Shown: one piece after another, positions 19,143-29,084 of the stretch
How the letters are laid out: each line of letters starts with the position of its first letter
Numbering within the stretch: position 1 is the first letter of the stretch
Assembly: GCA_963793425.1 (NCBI GenBank)
Contig: CAWCAG010000005.1
Coordinates: 1,504,001 to 1,568,000, forward strand
From: an uncultured cyanobacterium
GTDB taxonomy: Bacteria > Cyanobacteriota > Cyanobacteriia > Cyanobacteriales > CAWCAG01
DNA: 64,000 nucleotides
Direction: 5' to 3'
The notes under the pieces: model-generated
Databases searched by the model: none
What the model was told of the DNA's origin: nothing
The model's input: the letters and a program-made list of their open reading frames with translations, nothing else
Program-made: the position numbers and the translations under genes

Positions 19143-20129
19143 ATGGATTTATTGCGATCGCTGCCTATTGGTCTTTATTTAGAACAACCTGTAACTTGGT
19201 TACATAATCTAGATCCTAGGGTTAAGCTAGCTTGGTTAATGAGTTTTTTAATTACCCCTATTTTAGCTAATCCTTTTTGGCGTTTAGGTTTAACGGCACT
19301 ACTAATTTTACTAACTATTTCTGCTGCCATTCCCCTAAGAGTTTGGCGACAGCAAATGGGTTGGTTATTGACCCTTTGTTTATTTATTTTTGTCATTACT
19401 TGTATTACTCCTGATGGTTTGGCTGTTGAACATACTAACCGCCTTCCTACCCAGGAATTAACTTTTCCTGCCTCAACTACCCCAGAAAAAGGAGCTGATA
19501 ATCCTTGGTATAATCCTTGGGGCTGGGGACAAAACAAAGTTCAGGAAAAAGCGCCGCAAATCTCTAACAAACCTGATAGTTATCGCTATGTTATTTTTGA
19601 AAAAGGTAGGGTAAAAATAACCCGACGCTCTCTGGATTTAGGCATTAGGGTTAGTACAATCTTCTTCACTTTAATTTATAGTACTAACCTTTATCTTTTA
19701 ACTACTGCCCCGGAAGAAATTACGGCGGGTTTAGAAGATTTGATGCTTCCTTTGCGACGCTTTAAAATACCTGTAACTGAAATTGCTCTAACTTTAACTC
19801 TTTCTTTACGCTTCATTCCTTTAGTATTAGAAGAAGTACAAAATTTAGTCCGTTCTATTCGTACTAGAGCTATTAACTGGAAAAAGTTAGGTATCCGCAA
19901 AAGTTTACAAGTTTGGTTAATGGTGACCGAAAAACTTTTAGAAAACCTGCTTTTACGAGCAGAACAAATTGCAATCGCCATGAATATACGCGGCTTTACC
20001 ACCCCCAATACCCACCGTGTTATTTGGCATCAATTACGCTTAAGCTGGAGAGATTGGTTAACTTTAGCTGGTTTGTTCTTTTTCTGGAGTGCTAGGTTTA
20101 TTTGGGGAGGGATGAACATTTATCATTGA
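19143..20129 (+). CDS. ecfT: ECF transporter transmembrane component T (CbiQ/Ycf92-like)
   Basis: LHNLDPRVKL, LTTAPEEI, LSLRFIP, AM.IRGF. Confidence 0.85.
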   Translation: MDLLRSLPIGLYLEQPVTWLHNLDPRVKLAWLMSFLITPILANPFWRLGLTALLILLTISAAIPLRVWRQQMGWLLTLCLFIFVITCITPDGLAVEHTNRLPTQELTFPASTTPEKGADNPWYNPWGWGQNKVQEKAPQISNKPDSYRYVIFEKGRVKITRRSLDLGIRVSTIFFTLIYSTNLYLLTTAPEEITAGLEDLMLPLRRFKIPVTEIALTLTLSLRFIPLVLEEVQNLVRSIRTRAINWKKLGIRKSLQVWLMVTEKLLENLLLRAEQIAIAMNIRGFTTPNTHRVIWHQLRLSWRDWLTLAGLFFFWSARFIWGGMNIYH

Positions 20130-20193
20130 ACATTCATCATTTATCAGTGAAGAAAAGCTTTTAATGATTCCTTGGTAAAACTTTTCTTAACCT

Positions 20194-21111
20194 ATGAACA
20201 TGAATAGTGATTATCAATTTAACTATTATTTTCAAGGGCCTTGCGACGCAACTCCTGTTCTTTTCCTCCATGGCTTTATGGGGAATAGTCAAGTTTTTCA
20301 AGCTGCTATTTCTCTGCTTAAAGACCAGTTTTTTTGTTTAGCAGTTGATTTACCCGGCCATGGAAAAACTCAAGTTTTAGGAGAAGATGAAAGCTATTCC
20401 ATGGCTAATACGGCTTTAGGTTTAAAAAGCTTGTTAAGTGAATTAAATCTCAAACAGGCTTATGTAGTTGGTTATTCTATGGGAGGAAGATTAGCTTTAT
20501 ATCTGGCGCTCAACTTTCCTCAATATTTTCCTAAAGTAGTTTTAGAATCAGCTTCTCCGGGTTTACAATCTTCCTCGGCAAGGAAGGAGAGAATTAAACG
20601 CGATCGCCAGTTAGCAGAGGAGTTGGTTGAAGGAGATTTCGCGGAGTTTATAACTCGTTGGTATCAAAATCCTTTATTTAATTCTTTAATCAGACAGCCC
20701 AAATTTCCGCAATTAAGGGCCATGAGATTAGAGAATAATCCCCTCGAACTAGCTAAATCTCTACAATATTTAGGTACAGGAACTCAACCTTCTTTATGGT
20801 CACAACTTTCTAAGCATAATAACCCTTTACTCTTATTAGTAGGAGAGGGCAATCACAAGTTCAGAAATATTAATCAAAAAATGGCTAACCTTTGTCCTAC
20901 AGCCCAACTAAAAATAGTTCCTAACTGCGGTCATAACATTCATTTGGAGAATCTTGAGTTCTTTGTTGACAGCGTTGCTAAGTTTTTTGCTAATAGAAGC
21001 GTGGAAAAGTGGAAACAAAGCGACAACAACCAAGTAACTGAAAAATGCTCCCCAGCTCCCCAGCTCCCCAGCTCCCCATCATTCCCAAGAATCCAAATCA
21101 AGAGCCTTTGA
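20194..21111 (+). CDS. menH: SHCHC synthase (alpha/beta hydrolase)
   Basis: FLHGFMG, DLPGHG, GYSMGGR, LESASPG, GTGTQPSLW, GHNIHLE. Confidence 0.88.
   Translation: MNMNSDYQFNYYFQGPCDATPVLFLHGFMGNSQVFQAAISLLKDQFFCLAVDLPGHGKTQVLGEDESYSMANTALGLKSLLSELNLKQAYVVGYSMGGRLALYLALNFPQYFPKVVLESASPGLQSSSARKERIKRDRQLAEELVEGDFAEFITRWYQNPLFNSLIRQPKFPQLRAMRLENNPLELAKSLQYLGTGTQPSLWSQLSKHNNPLLLLVGEGNHKFRNINQKMANLCPTAQLKIVPNCGHNIHLENLEFFVDSVAKFFANRSVEKWKQSDNNQVTEKCSPAPQLPSSPSFPRIQIKSL
21047..21078. repeat. Tandem octamer (GCTCCCCA)4
   Basis: Read directly; lies in the menH C-terminal extension. Confidence 0.85.
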
Positions 21112-21450
21112 ACCTCCCCTTTCTAACTGTTGTAAAACCTTGCCCAACTGAGTCCAAATTAGCCAGCCAATTAATATAGTTAAAAACAGAGAAAGTCCGT
21201 AGGATAACCAGGGTTCAAAGCCAAAAATTTCTACTCCCGCAGCAAGAAAGATACAAATTCCTGCACATATACCCAAATAGGGCAAAAATAACTGAAAACC
21301 TTGTAAATCAGCTAAAGTATTACTCTTACGATCCTTTGACCATTGTTGTACTTTTTCTTTGAGAGTGCTTTCAAAAGCGACACCGCTAGTCATGCCAGCA
21401 AATAAACCGAAAACAAGTAAAAAATAAGGCGGTTCAGGAAAAAAGTACAT
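21079..21450 (-). CDS. Small membrane protein (hypothetical)
   Basis: 123 aa, three hydrophobic segments, directly downstream of the ABC1 kinase. Confidence 0.75.
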   Translation of the reverse strand: MYFFPEPPYFLLVFGLFAGMTSGVAFESTLKEKVQQWSKDRKSNTLADLQGFQLFLPYLGICAGICIFLAAGVEIFGFEPWLSYGLSLFLTILIGWLIWTQLGKVLQQLERGGSKALDLDSWE

Positions 21451-21482
21451 AGATTATGATCTTTAAATTAGTTTTTCTGGCT

Positions 21483-23183
21483 TTACTTCACTGCTGTAGG
21501 AATTAAAGCTGTCACTCTCTCGGCTGAGATCTCTCTCAAAGCACTTAGAGCAACATTAAATAATTTACCCGGTTTTAGGTCATCTTTGACTAAATTCCAC
21601 AACCTCTGCACTTCTTTGGTGTGGAGTTGATCATCTTCTACTAAGGCTAGTATAAGTTGATCTCTCAAGTAACGCCCTTCTTCAGACATGAGGTATTGTA
21701 ACCCTAGTTGTGCTGTGGGTAGAAGATCGAATTGATGATCAGAACGGGCGATCGCAATCATATTTTCTAAACGTTCCCATTGAAATTTCCCATCTTTCAA
21801 TAAAACTTCTACTAACCTACGTCTCAAGCCTGGAGAATTTCCGGTTAGTAGCTGGCGAGAGACATAGGGATAGGCAACCTCGACAATTTTAAAGTTAGGG
21901 TCTAAACTGAGGGCTAGGCCCTCTTGAGTAACCAGGGAACGAATAATTAGAGCGAATTTAGCTGGAACCCGGAAGGGATACTCATACATCAACTGAGAAA
22001 AATCATCAGTGATCGTTTTGAAGTTGAAGTCTCCTACACTTTCTCCTATGGCATTGCCCAACACCCTCTCTAAAGCAGGGACAATAGGTAGAATATCAAT
22101 ATCAGGAGTTAAGAAGCCTAGTTGGACATAATCTTGAGCTAAAGCGTAGTAGTCTTTATTAATAAGGTGAACTACTGAAATAGCTAAGGTTTCTTTGGTG
22201 ACTTCATCTAATTGATCCATCATGCCGAAGTCAATGAAAGCCATGCGCCCATCGTAGGTGGCGAAGAGGTTTCCGGGATGAGGATCAGCATGGAAGAAAC
22301 CATGTTCCAATAATTGGCGTAAGCCAGAAGTAACACCAATTTTAATAAAACTTTGGGGATCTAAACCCGCCGCTTCAATTTTGGCAATGTCCGTCAACTT
22401 AAAGCCGTCAATCCACTCTAAAGTCAAGACGCGGGTATTGGTATAACGCCAATAAATGGCAGGAACTTTAACATCTGGATCATCAGCAAAATTAGTAGCA
22501 AACTTCTCGCCATTACGGGCTTCGTTGATGTAGTCAATTTCTTCAAACAGTTTCTTACCAAACTCATCCACAACTAAGTTGAGATCATGACCTAAGTTGA
22601 GGGGTAATAAAGGCGCGAACCAACTCGCTGCCCAACGCATAATGTAGAGGTCAAGGGTTAAAGTAGGTAAAAGATTTGGTCTTTGTACCTTAATAGCAAC
22701 TTTTTCTCCTGTATGCAAAACGCCGCGATAAACCTGTGCTAAACTCGCTGCCGCCACAGGATGAGGAGATATTTCCCGATAAGCTTCGGCGACGCTACGT
22801 CCTAATTCTGATTCGATTTGGGCAAAGGCAATCTCGTTAGGAAAAGGAGGTAACTGATCTTGCAGTTTAATTAACTCTTCTAAAAAATCTTTACGAATTA
22901 AGTCTGGTCTGGTAGAAAGGGCTTGACCTACCTTAATAAAAGTCGGCCCTAAATCTGTGAGGATGTGTCGTAGTTGAATTGCTCTTTTATATTTATGCTT
23001 CTCTTCTTTGCCAAACCATTTATCCCATTGAAGACCAAAAACAAATCGACCGAAAAGCCAGATAACAGTTAAAGTTCGCCAGATCACTAACCAAGGTCGA
23101 TAACGATATTTCTGGGCTATTTCTTGAGCATTATAGCGTTGGCGCTGTTGTTGTTGAGAAGAAACTGTTTGATATTGACTCAC
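21483..23183 (-). CDS. AarF/ABC1/UbiB atypical kinase
   Basis: LGPTFIKVGQALSTRPD, AAASLAQVY, VAIKVQRP, FFHADPHPGN, IDFGM. Confidence 0.93.
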   Translation of the reverse strand: MSQYQTVSSQQQQRQRYNAQEIAQKYRYRPWLVIWRTLTVIWLFGRFVFGLQWDKWFGKEEKHKYKRAIQLRHILTDLGPTFIKVGQALSTRPDLIRKDFLEELIKLQDQLPPFPNEIAFAQIESELGRSVAEAYREISPHPVAAASLAQVYRGVLHTGEKVAIKVQRPNLLPTLTLDLYIMRWAASWFAPLLPLNLGHDLNLVVDEFGKKLFEEIDYINEARNGEKFATNFADDPDVKVPAIYWRYTNTRVLTLEWIDGFKLTDIAKIEAAGLDPQSFIKIGVTSGLRQLLEHGFFHADPHPGNLFATYDGRMAFIDFGMMDQLDEVTKETLAISVVHLINKDYYALAQDYVQLGFLTPDIDILPIVPALERVLGNAIGESVGDFNFKTITDDFSQLMYEYPFRVPAKFALIIRSLVTQEGLALSLDPNFKIVEVAYPYVSRQLLTGNSPGLRRRLVEVLLKDGKFQWERLENMIAIARSDHQFDLLPTAQLGLQYLMSEEGRYLRDQLILALVEDDQLHTKEVQRLWNLVKDDLKPGKLFNVALSALREISAERVTALIPTAVK

Positions 23184-23386
23184 GAATCTTCTGGAGCCTC
23201 TCTTTTAAACAATATTTAATGAAATTTTACTTTTAGTATACAAGATTTAGTATACAAAATTACACAATTCTGCTATCAGAGTGAAATAATCCCAATAGCA
23301 TGATGCTATAACTGCATACGTTACTGAGCTTTTACTCACTTCCCAGTCGGCTTTCTCATTTGTGAATATAGACGCTACAATAGGTA

Positions 23387-23400
23387 AATACCTTTGTACT
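23387..23400. promoter_or_regulatory. Imperfect cyanobacterial LexA box upstream of recA
   Basis: Reverse strand AGTACAAAGGTATT vs consensus RGTAC-NNN-DGTWCB (one mismatch). Confidence 0.45.
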
Positions 23401-23566
23401 AATATATTCTTGTTTCTAAACTGCGAGACTGCTACCAATATCCGAGGAATGTTTACAATAAAAAAAGGTTTTCCTAGATAAATAGCTTCAGTAAGATTAA
23501 ATACAAAGTAACTAGTTTCAGTTTTTTAAAAAAAGTAAAAATTAACTAACACTTCTTGAGGCGCTA

Positions 23567-24700
23567 ATGGCTGCGACAACAATCACCAACAACTCCGACA
23601 AGGAAAAAGCACTCAGCTTAGTATTACAGCAAATTGAGCGTAACTTTGGCAAAGGTTCAATTATGCGCTTAGGAGATGCTACCCGTATGAGGGTAGAAAC
23701 AACTTCTAGCGGCGCATTAACTTTGGATCTAGCCCTTGGTGGCGGTTTACCCAAAGGAAGAGTTATTGAAATTTATGGACCGGAAAGTGCGGGTAAAACA
23801 ACCTTAGCCCTCCATGCCTTAGCAGAGGTACAAAAATCTGGTGGGGTAGCTGCTTTTGTTGATGCAGAACACGCCCTTGATCCTGTCTACTCTGCGGCTT
23901 TGGGAGTAGATATTGAAAACTTGTTGGTTTCTCAACCGGATACAGGAGAATCTGCTTTAGAAATTGTTGATCAACTAGTACGTTCTTCGGCAGTAGATAT
24001 TGTTGTTATCGATTCGGTTGCCGCTTTGGTTCCCCGTGCAGAAATTGAAGGGGAAATGGGAGATACTCAAGTCGGTTTGCAAGCTCGTTTAATGAGTAAG
24101 GCACTACGGAAAATTGCTGGTAATATTAGTAAGTCTGGTTGTAGCGTTATTTTCCTCAACCAACTACGACAAAAAATTGGTATCACCTATGGCAGTCCTG
24201 ATGTGACCACAGGAGGTAATGCCCTCAAGTTTTATGCTTCTGTGCGTTTAGATATTCGTCGCATACAGACCCTGAAAAGAGGCACTGAAGGGGATTATGG
24301 CATTCGGGCAAAAGTTAAGGTAGCCAAAAACAAGGTTGCCCCTCCTTTCCGCATTGCTGAGTTTGATATCATTTTTGGTCAAGGTATTTCTAGTGTTGGC
24401 TGTCTTTTGGATTTAGCAGAACAAACTGATGTGGTGGTACGCAAAGGTGCTTGGTATAGCTACAAAGGCGAGAATATTGCTCAAGGGCGCGATAATGCTG
24501 TTAAACACCTAGAAGATAATCCTGAAATTGCTTTGGAAGTGGAGCAACAGGTACGGGAGAAATTAGACATGGGGGCAGTGGTTTCTGCTAATTCTGTTAA
24601 ACCTTTAGAAACCGAATCTAGTTCGGAGACAAATGGTTCTGCTTCTGCTGGCAAAAGATCCAGGAAGTCTAAGAAGTCTGAGACAGATTCTGAGGAGTAA
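23567..24700 (+). CDS. recA: Recombinase A
   Basis: [53 protein letters not shown]. Confidence 0.99.
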   Translation: MAATTITNNSDKEKALSLVLQQIERNFGKGSIMRLGDATRMRVETTSSGALTLDLALGGGLPKGRVIEIYGPESAGKTTLALHALAEVQKSGGVAAFVDAEHALDPVYSAALGVDIENLLVSQPDTGESALEIVDQLVRSSAVDIVVIDSVAALVPRAEIEGEMGDTQVGLQARLMSKALRKIAGNISKSGCSVIFLNQLRQKIGITYGSPDVTTGGNALKFYASVRLDIRRIQTLKRGTEGDYGIRAKVKVAKNKVAPPFRIAEFDIIFGQGISSVGCLLDLAEQTDVVVRKGAWYSYKGENIAQGRDNAVKHLEDNPEIALEVEQQVREKLDMGAVVSANSVKPLETESSSETNGSASAGKRSRKSKKSETDSEE

Positions 24701-24709
24701 TTATTAATT

Positions 24710-24801
24710 GCTAGTGGCTAGTGGCTAGTGGCTAGTTGTTTGAGGGCGGGTTTATTTAGTTTGAGGTTGATCTCGAAATTTGAATTGAAACCCGCCCCTA
24801 C
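24710..24801. repeat. STRR (GCTAGTG)3-4 followed by a REP-like inverted repeat
   Basis: GGGCGGGTTT (24744-24753) ... AAACCCGCCC-CTAC (24788-24801); the GTAG/CTAC foot is typical of RAYT-type REPs. Confidence 0.7.
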
Positions 24802-24868
24802 GAAACCTATACCTCTTTGCATATTCAGCAAAAAATAATATCCATTCTGAAGAAACTACAATTAATTT

Positions 24869-24882
24869 AGAACGTTTGTACT
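24869..24882. promoter_or_regulatory. LexA-box-like palindrome upstream of the 347-aa gene
   Basis: AGAAC-GTTT-GTACT. Confidence 0.5.
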
Positions 24883-25140
24883 GGAAAATTTTGTTAAAAC
24901 GGTAAAAAAGAGCAATAACACCCTTGAAAAATCGCTTTTAAGGACGCACCTTTTCCACCTCATACATAATATCATGTCGAGGGAGAAAAATGCAATAGGT
25001 CATAAAAATGATAGCTAATCTGCCACTTTCAACCAACAACTGTACACCTTGCTATTTCCATAGACATCAGTTATCACTGATCATTGTAAGGCTTGCCTTT
25101 GCCGCAGGCATTATTGATAACTGATCATTGATAGCTTTTC

Positions 25141-26184
25141 ATGGTTCAAACTTCTCCTTCCCCTAATGAAATTGCCGAAGCCTTAGAAACCCCTGTAGAC
25201 TTTAGCTTTGACCTTCCTGACCCAGAAGACGAAGAAATTGAAGAATTTGATTTTCAACAGCAATTAGATATTGCTTGGAAGGTTTGCGAACGCTTTGATT
25301 TGCAAACTGATATTTGGCGAGGGAGAATTTTACGTTCTATACGCGATCGCGAGAAGAAAGGCGGCGAAGGGAGAGGGGAAGGTTTCATTAATTGGTTGAA
25401 GCAACGGGAATTTACCAAAAGCCAGGCCTACTCTTTAATTCAATTAGCTAATAGTGCCGATACCCTTTTGGAAGAAGGACAACTTGATCCTGAAGCAATT
25501 AATAATTTCAGTAAGCGGGCTTTTGTAGAGACAGCGAAATCTGCTCCGGAAGTGCAGAAGTTAGTTAGCGAAGCCGCCCAACAAGGGGAACATATTACCC
25601 GGCGAGAGGTTAAGCAACTTTCTGATCAATGGACAGCTATGAGTTCCGATTTGCTACCGGAGGAAGTGAAGGAGAAAGCCGCCGAAGGTTCTCTTCCTCC
25701 CCGTCATCTCGCTCCCTTGGTTAAGGAGATGGAAAAGTTACCGGATTTGCATCTTAAGGAGATTCAAAGAGAAATTGCTGCTAATCCAGAGGTGGATACA
25801 GTAAAAACCTTAACTACCGATGCCCGTAACTTAGCTAAATATCTTGATGCCGCAGCACAGGTACAAACCTTAAATAGAGCTTCTTTAGATTTGGAGTTAG
25901 CTTTGGAGGAAGCGTTGCGTTTAGATTGCTTAAACACAGCCGCAGACTTAGTTAAACAAGCCACCAACTTAGAACAAACCGTAGCCAAATTATTTACTAC
26001 CTGGAAGCGTTTAGGCAACCTTGCAGACCGTTTATATGTAGATACTGGGGCAAGTAACCCTCACCTGCGATCGCTCCTTACTTGTCTAGAAACTTTGACT
26101 AATGAAGTGATTGAGGTGCATTTAGATGATGCTGGGGATAATATAGTACGGCTGCGGGTTATGGATGAGTCTGGTCAAAAGTAA
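25141..26184 (+). CDS. Hypothetical helical protein, DUF3102-like N-terminal region
   Basis: 347-aa ORF; GRIL..IR...GEGFINWLKQREFTKSQAYSLIQLA segment. Confidence 0.7.
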   Translation: MVQTSPSPNEIAEALETPVDFSFDLPDPEDEEIEEFDFQQQLDIAWKVCERFDLQTDIWRGRILRSIRDREKKGGEGRGEGFINWLKQREFTKSQAYSLIQLANSADTLLEEGQLDPEAINNFSKRAFVETAKSAPEVQKLVSEAAQQGEHITRREVKQLSDQWTAMSSDLLPEEVKEKAAEGSLPPRHLAPLVKEMEKLPDLHLKEIQREIAANPEVDTVKTLTTDARNLAKYLDAAAQVQTLNRASLDLELALEEALRLDCLNTAADLVKQATNLEQTVAKLFTTWKRLGNLADRLYVDTGASNPHLRSLLTCLETLTNEVIEVHLDDAGDNIVRLRVMDESGQK

Positions 26185-26297
26185 CAAGTAATAAGTTTGG
26201 ACAGGATATAGTAAGGGAGATGGGGGGAAATTAAAGTCCGTTACCGATGAGAATGAAGGGCGACCAATAATAGGGATGATTAAGACCACTAACAAAA

Positions 26298-26360
26298 GTA
26301 GGGTGGGCAAAAGAAGGTCACAGTAAAAATTAGTTGGTAACCCAATTATCTTTGCCCACC
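26298..26360. repeat. REP-like inverted repeat
   Basis: Starts GTAG; GGTGGGCAAA (26302-26311) ... TTTGCCCACC (26351-26360); another half-site at 26430-26439. Confidence 0.65.
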
Positions 26361-26465
26361 ATTAGTTAATAAGCTACTTCATGGCAGAGCGATTGCCAGA
26401 AATCCAGCTTATTAACCTTAGTAAGATAAGGTGGGCAAACATAGGTGAATTTTTGATGCTTGTTA

Positions 26466-26614
26466 TATCCCAAATCCTGTTTAAATAGCATAAGTTATCG
26501 GTGAGGGTAGGGAGTAGGGTTGGCGCACTTCCTTGCCGTAGGCTACAGGCAGTAGGGTTTGAAAACTTTTTCGGTGAATTTTGTATTTGGTTTTTAATAA
26601 CCGGATTTGGTATA
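26466..26614. mobile_element. MITE-like element (about 149 bp, TA ends)
   Basis: TIRs TATCCCAAATCCTGTT / AACCGGATTTGGTATA (14/16 complementary); no coding capacity. Confidence 0.6.
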
Positions 26615-26619
26615 AGTAA

Positions 26620-26693
26620 TGGCTCAAGGCAGATTTGAACTGCCGACCTTGGGCTTATGAGTCCCCTGCTCTAACCAACTGAGCTACTGAGCC
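26620..26693 (-). tRNA. trnM: tRNA-Met(CAT), probably elongator; CCA not encoded
   Basis: GGCTCAGTAGCTCAGTTGGTTAGAGCAGGGGACTCATAAGCCCAAGGTCGGCAGTTCAAATCTGCCTTGAGCCA folds as a cloverleaf; paired first base pair. Confidence 0.93.
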
Positions 26694-26763
26694 GTAATAT
26701 TAACAACAGTTTTTGATTCTAACATAAGAAGGGCTTTTCTTTCCAATCTTTCCAATTTTTTGC

Positions 26764-26804
26764 AAAAAAAAAGGGGGAGTCCTAAGACTCCCCCTTTCTT
26801 TTTT
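26764..26804. terminator. Intrinsic terminator after the LysM/M23 gene (bidirectional shape)
   Basis: A9-GGGGGAGTC-CTAA-GACTCCCCC-T-rich tail. Confidence 0.85.
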
Positions 26805-26828
26805 AGCTATTTTAGCTATTAAGTTAAA

Positions 26829-29084
26829 TTAGCGTTTCTGTAAGTAAGCCATTGGGTTAACAGCACTCTTACCACCAGGATGAACTTCAAAGTGTAAGTG
26901 AGGTCCTGTACTATATCCAGTACTACCCATATCAGAAATATGCTGACCTTGTTCCACTTTTTGTCCGCTTCTGACCACAACGCGGCTATTGTGACCATAG
27001 CGAGTCATCGTCCCATCGGGGTGACGAATTTCTACTAAGTTACCATAACCACCAGAGTTCCAGCCGGCTGTAATAACTTCTCCAGGACCGGAAGCAACAA
27101 TAGGAGTTCCAGTTGGAGCAGCAATATCAATACCTTTGTGCATTCTTCCCCAGCGCATACCGTAACCGGAAGTGAGAACACCCTTAGCCGGCCAGCTATG
27201 GCGACCATTCCAAAGATCAGGACTATCAGGAAGATACTCATCTGGTGCGGCTAGAGGAGGTAAGTCAGGGCTGACCACCTCTCCCACTGGAGGCTTAAGC
27301 AAGGAATTGTAAGTATCAGCCGGAGCAGGGGCTACTGCCACAGTTTTTGGTTCTTCGGCAACGACTGTTTCCTCTTCTTCTTGAACAGGAAGTGTTACTG
27401 GTATAGAAATAGCTGCATTAGCATTAGGCTTTTGAACAGATATTGGGCTGAGGGAATTAGCTGTAGGTGCTGTTACTTCAACTTTTTCTGTTTTCTCAGT
27501 AGAAGTTGGTACTGGTATGGAGCTAATATCACTCAGAATCGGCTTTTGAACAGGCTGCCTACTAATAACATTTTCCCGCAGATCCTGTACCTCTACCACT
27601 AAAACTTGACCATTGCTACGGTCTGTTTGCCACTCAGTATTAATCTGTGCAGCAACTTCAGTTCTAGAAGAAGTCTCAGCAGAAGCGACAAGAGTATTAA
27701 CTTGCTGCTGAGGTTGGTATTGAGCTTGTAGCCTGACAATATCTTGCTGTAGGGGAGACTGGTTTACCTCCACCTCTTCTACAGTATCTTCTGGTTTGTT
27801 GCTAGTCACTCCAGGAAGAGTATTAACAGCGACTGTACTATTATCAAGGCTCTGGCGAGCGCTCCGAGCAATTTGAGGATTGGGAATAGTTATTGCTTGG
27901 TTAATAACTATTCGGTTCGGGTTATCAAGTTGATTAGCCTCAACTAACTCTGTTAAACTTAAACCATACTGGCGAGCAATTTCGTCAACGGTTTCTCCTG
28001 GCCTAACACGATGCACTTTTGTTGCTTCTGTTGCTACGGTTACCGGGGGAACAACTACCGGAGTTTCTGTAGCTACTTCCGACTCAGCTTCTGGCTGTGC
28101 TTGAGGTGTAGGAACTGGAATTGCAACAGGAACTTGGCTAGCGGCTTCTGGTTGTACCGTAACTGAATTTTCTGGCTGGGGTACGGGAATAATTACTGAT
28201 TGTGGCTCTTGGAGAGTAGATGGTGAAGCGGCTATTTGAGGAGCCTTAATTTGCTCAGTTGGCTCTTGGTCTGTCTGTAGCTTAGCTAAACTATCTTTTA
28301 GCTTGCCCTGCTCCTGCTTAAGGTTTTCTAGGGCTGTTTCTTGTTTGTTTTTCAGTAAAGTATCTACTTCACCAGGGATAGTTACTAATTCACCTTCAGC
28401 AACAGAGGATTCAATTTCTTCAGACTCTATTCCATAGTCTTGAGATAAAGAGGCTACTGTTTCGCTAGCTTCTACCTGATGAACAATACCGTTGGTTTCA
28501 GGAATATCTAAGCTCTGCCCTACAGAAAGGTTAGAAGTAGGAGCAATTTGATTAGAAGCAGCTATTGCTTCAGGAGTTACTTGATATGCTTTAGATATTT
28601 GCCAGAGAGTTTCCCCGGATTTAACTTCATGGTGATGATAGCTTTGGGGAACCTTCGCGATTTCTTGCTCCGACTCTATTTCAAGAGTAGGTTGGACAAC
28701 AAAATCTTGGCTTTCTACTAAAGCTTCTTCTGTTTCTTCCACAACAGAGAGGTTTTCTACCTCTTCTTGGGTAGAAACAGCCGCAGTTTCCCAATCTGGT
28801 GTGGTTGAGCCGCTATCTACTTCTTCTGGTGTAGATAGTGTGTCAGCCAAAGAGGATTCAGCAGCTACTGCTTCATCACTTTGACCAGGTAGCAATACAC
28901 CTGTTGCGCCCATGGAAATGGCTAAACCAATCATGGCAGCAGAGGTGAAAGCTCGGCGGTTACCTTCATTAGAAACAAGGGTGTCTTCAGTAAGAACTTT
29001 TTGAGAGAGATTGGCCAAATCTCCTAAAGAGTCTACTGGACAGGGATTAGTAGGTTTAGCCTTCTGGGTAAACAAGCGTTTCAA
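26829..29084 (-). CDS. LysM / M23 peptidoglycan endopeptidase (NlpD-like)
   Basis: LysM repeats (HEVKSGETLWQIS, HRVRPGETVDEIA); M23 HKGID and HLHFE; TTG start with AGGAGG. Confidence 0.92.
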   Translation of the reverse strand: MKRLFTQKAKPTNPCPVDSLGDLANLSQKVLTEDTLVSNEGNRRAFTSAAMIGLAISMGATGVLLPGQSDEAVAAESSLADTLSTPEEVDSGSTTPDWETAAVSTQEEVENLSVVEETEEALVESQDFVVQPTLEIESEQEIAKVPQSYHHHEVKSGETLWQISKAYQVTPEAIAASNQIAPTSNLSVGQSLDIPETNGIVHQVEASETVASLSQDYGIESEEIESSVAEGELVTIPGEVDTLLKNKQETALENLKQEQGKLKDSLAKLQTDQEPTEQIKAPQIAASPSTLQEPQSVIIPVPQPENSVTVQPEAASQVPVAIPVPTPQAQPEAESEVATETPVVVPPVTVATEATKVHRVRPGETVDEIARQYGLSLTELVEANQLDNPNRIVINQAITIPNPQIARSARQSLDNSTVAVNTLPGVTSNKPEDTVEEVEVNQSPLQQDIVRLQAQYQPQQQVNTLVASAETSSRTEVAAQINTEWQTDRSNGQVLVVEVQDLRENVISRQPVQKPILSDISSIPVPTSTEKTEKVEVTAPTANSLSPISVQKPNANAAISIPVTLPVQEEEETVVAEEPKTVAVAPAPADTYNSLLKPPVGEVVSPDLPPLAAPDEYLPDSPDLWNGRHSWPAKGVLTSGYGMRWGRMHKGIDIAAPTGTPIVASGPGEVITAGWNSGGYGNLVEIRHPDGTMTRYGHNSRVVVRSGQKVEQGQHISDMGSTGYSTGPHLHFEVHPGGKSAVNPMAYLQKR

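Noticed and set aside
12204..20129. Possible cas genes flanking the array
   Set aside because: Neighbours are recognisable housekeeping genes; no Cas1/2/3/6/10/12 motifs seen anywhere in the window.
26184..26700. Prophage or island integrated at tRNA-Met
   Set aside because: No integrase and no duplicated tRNA 3' end seen; flanking genes look chromosomal.
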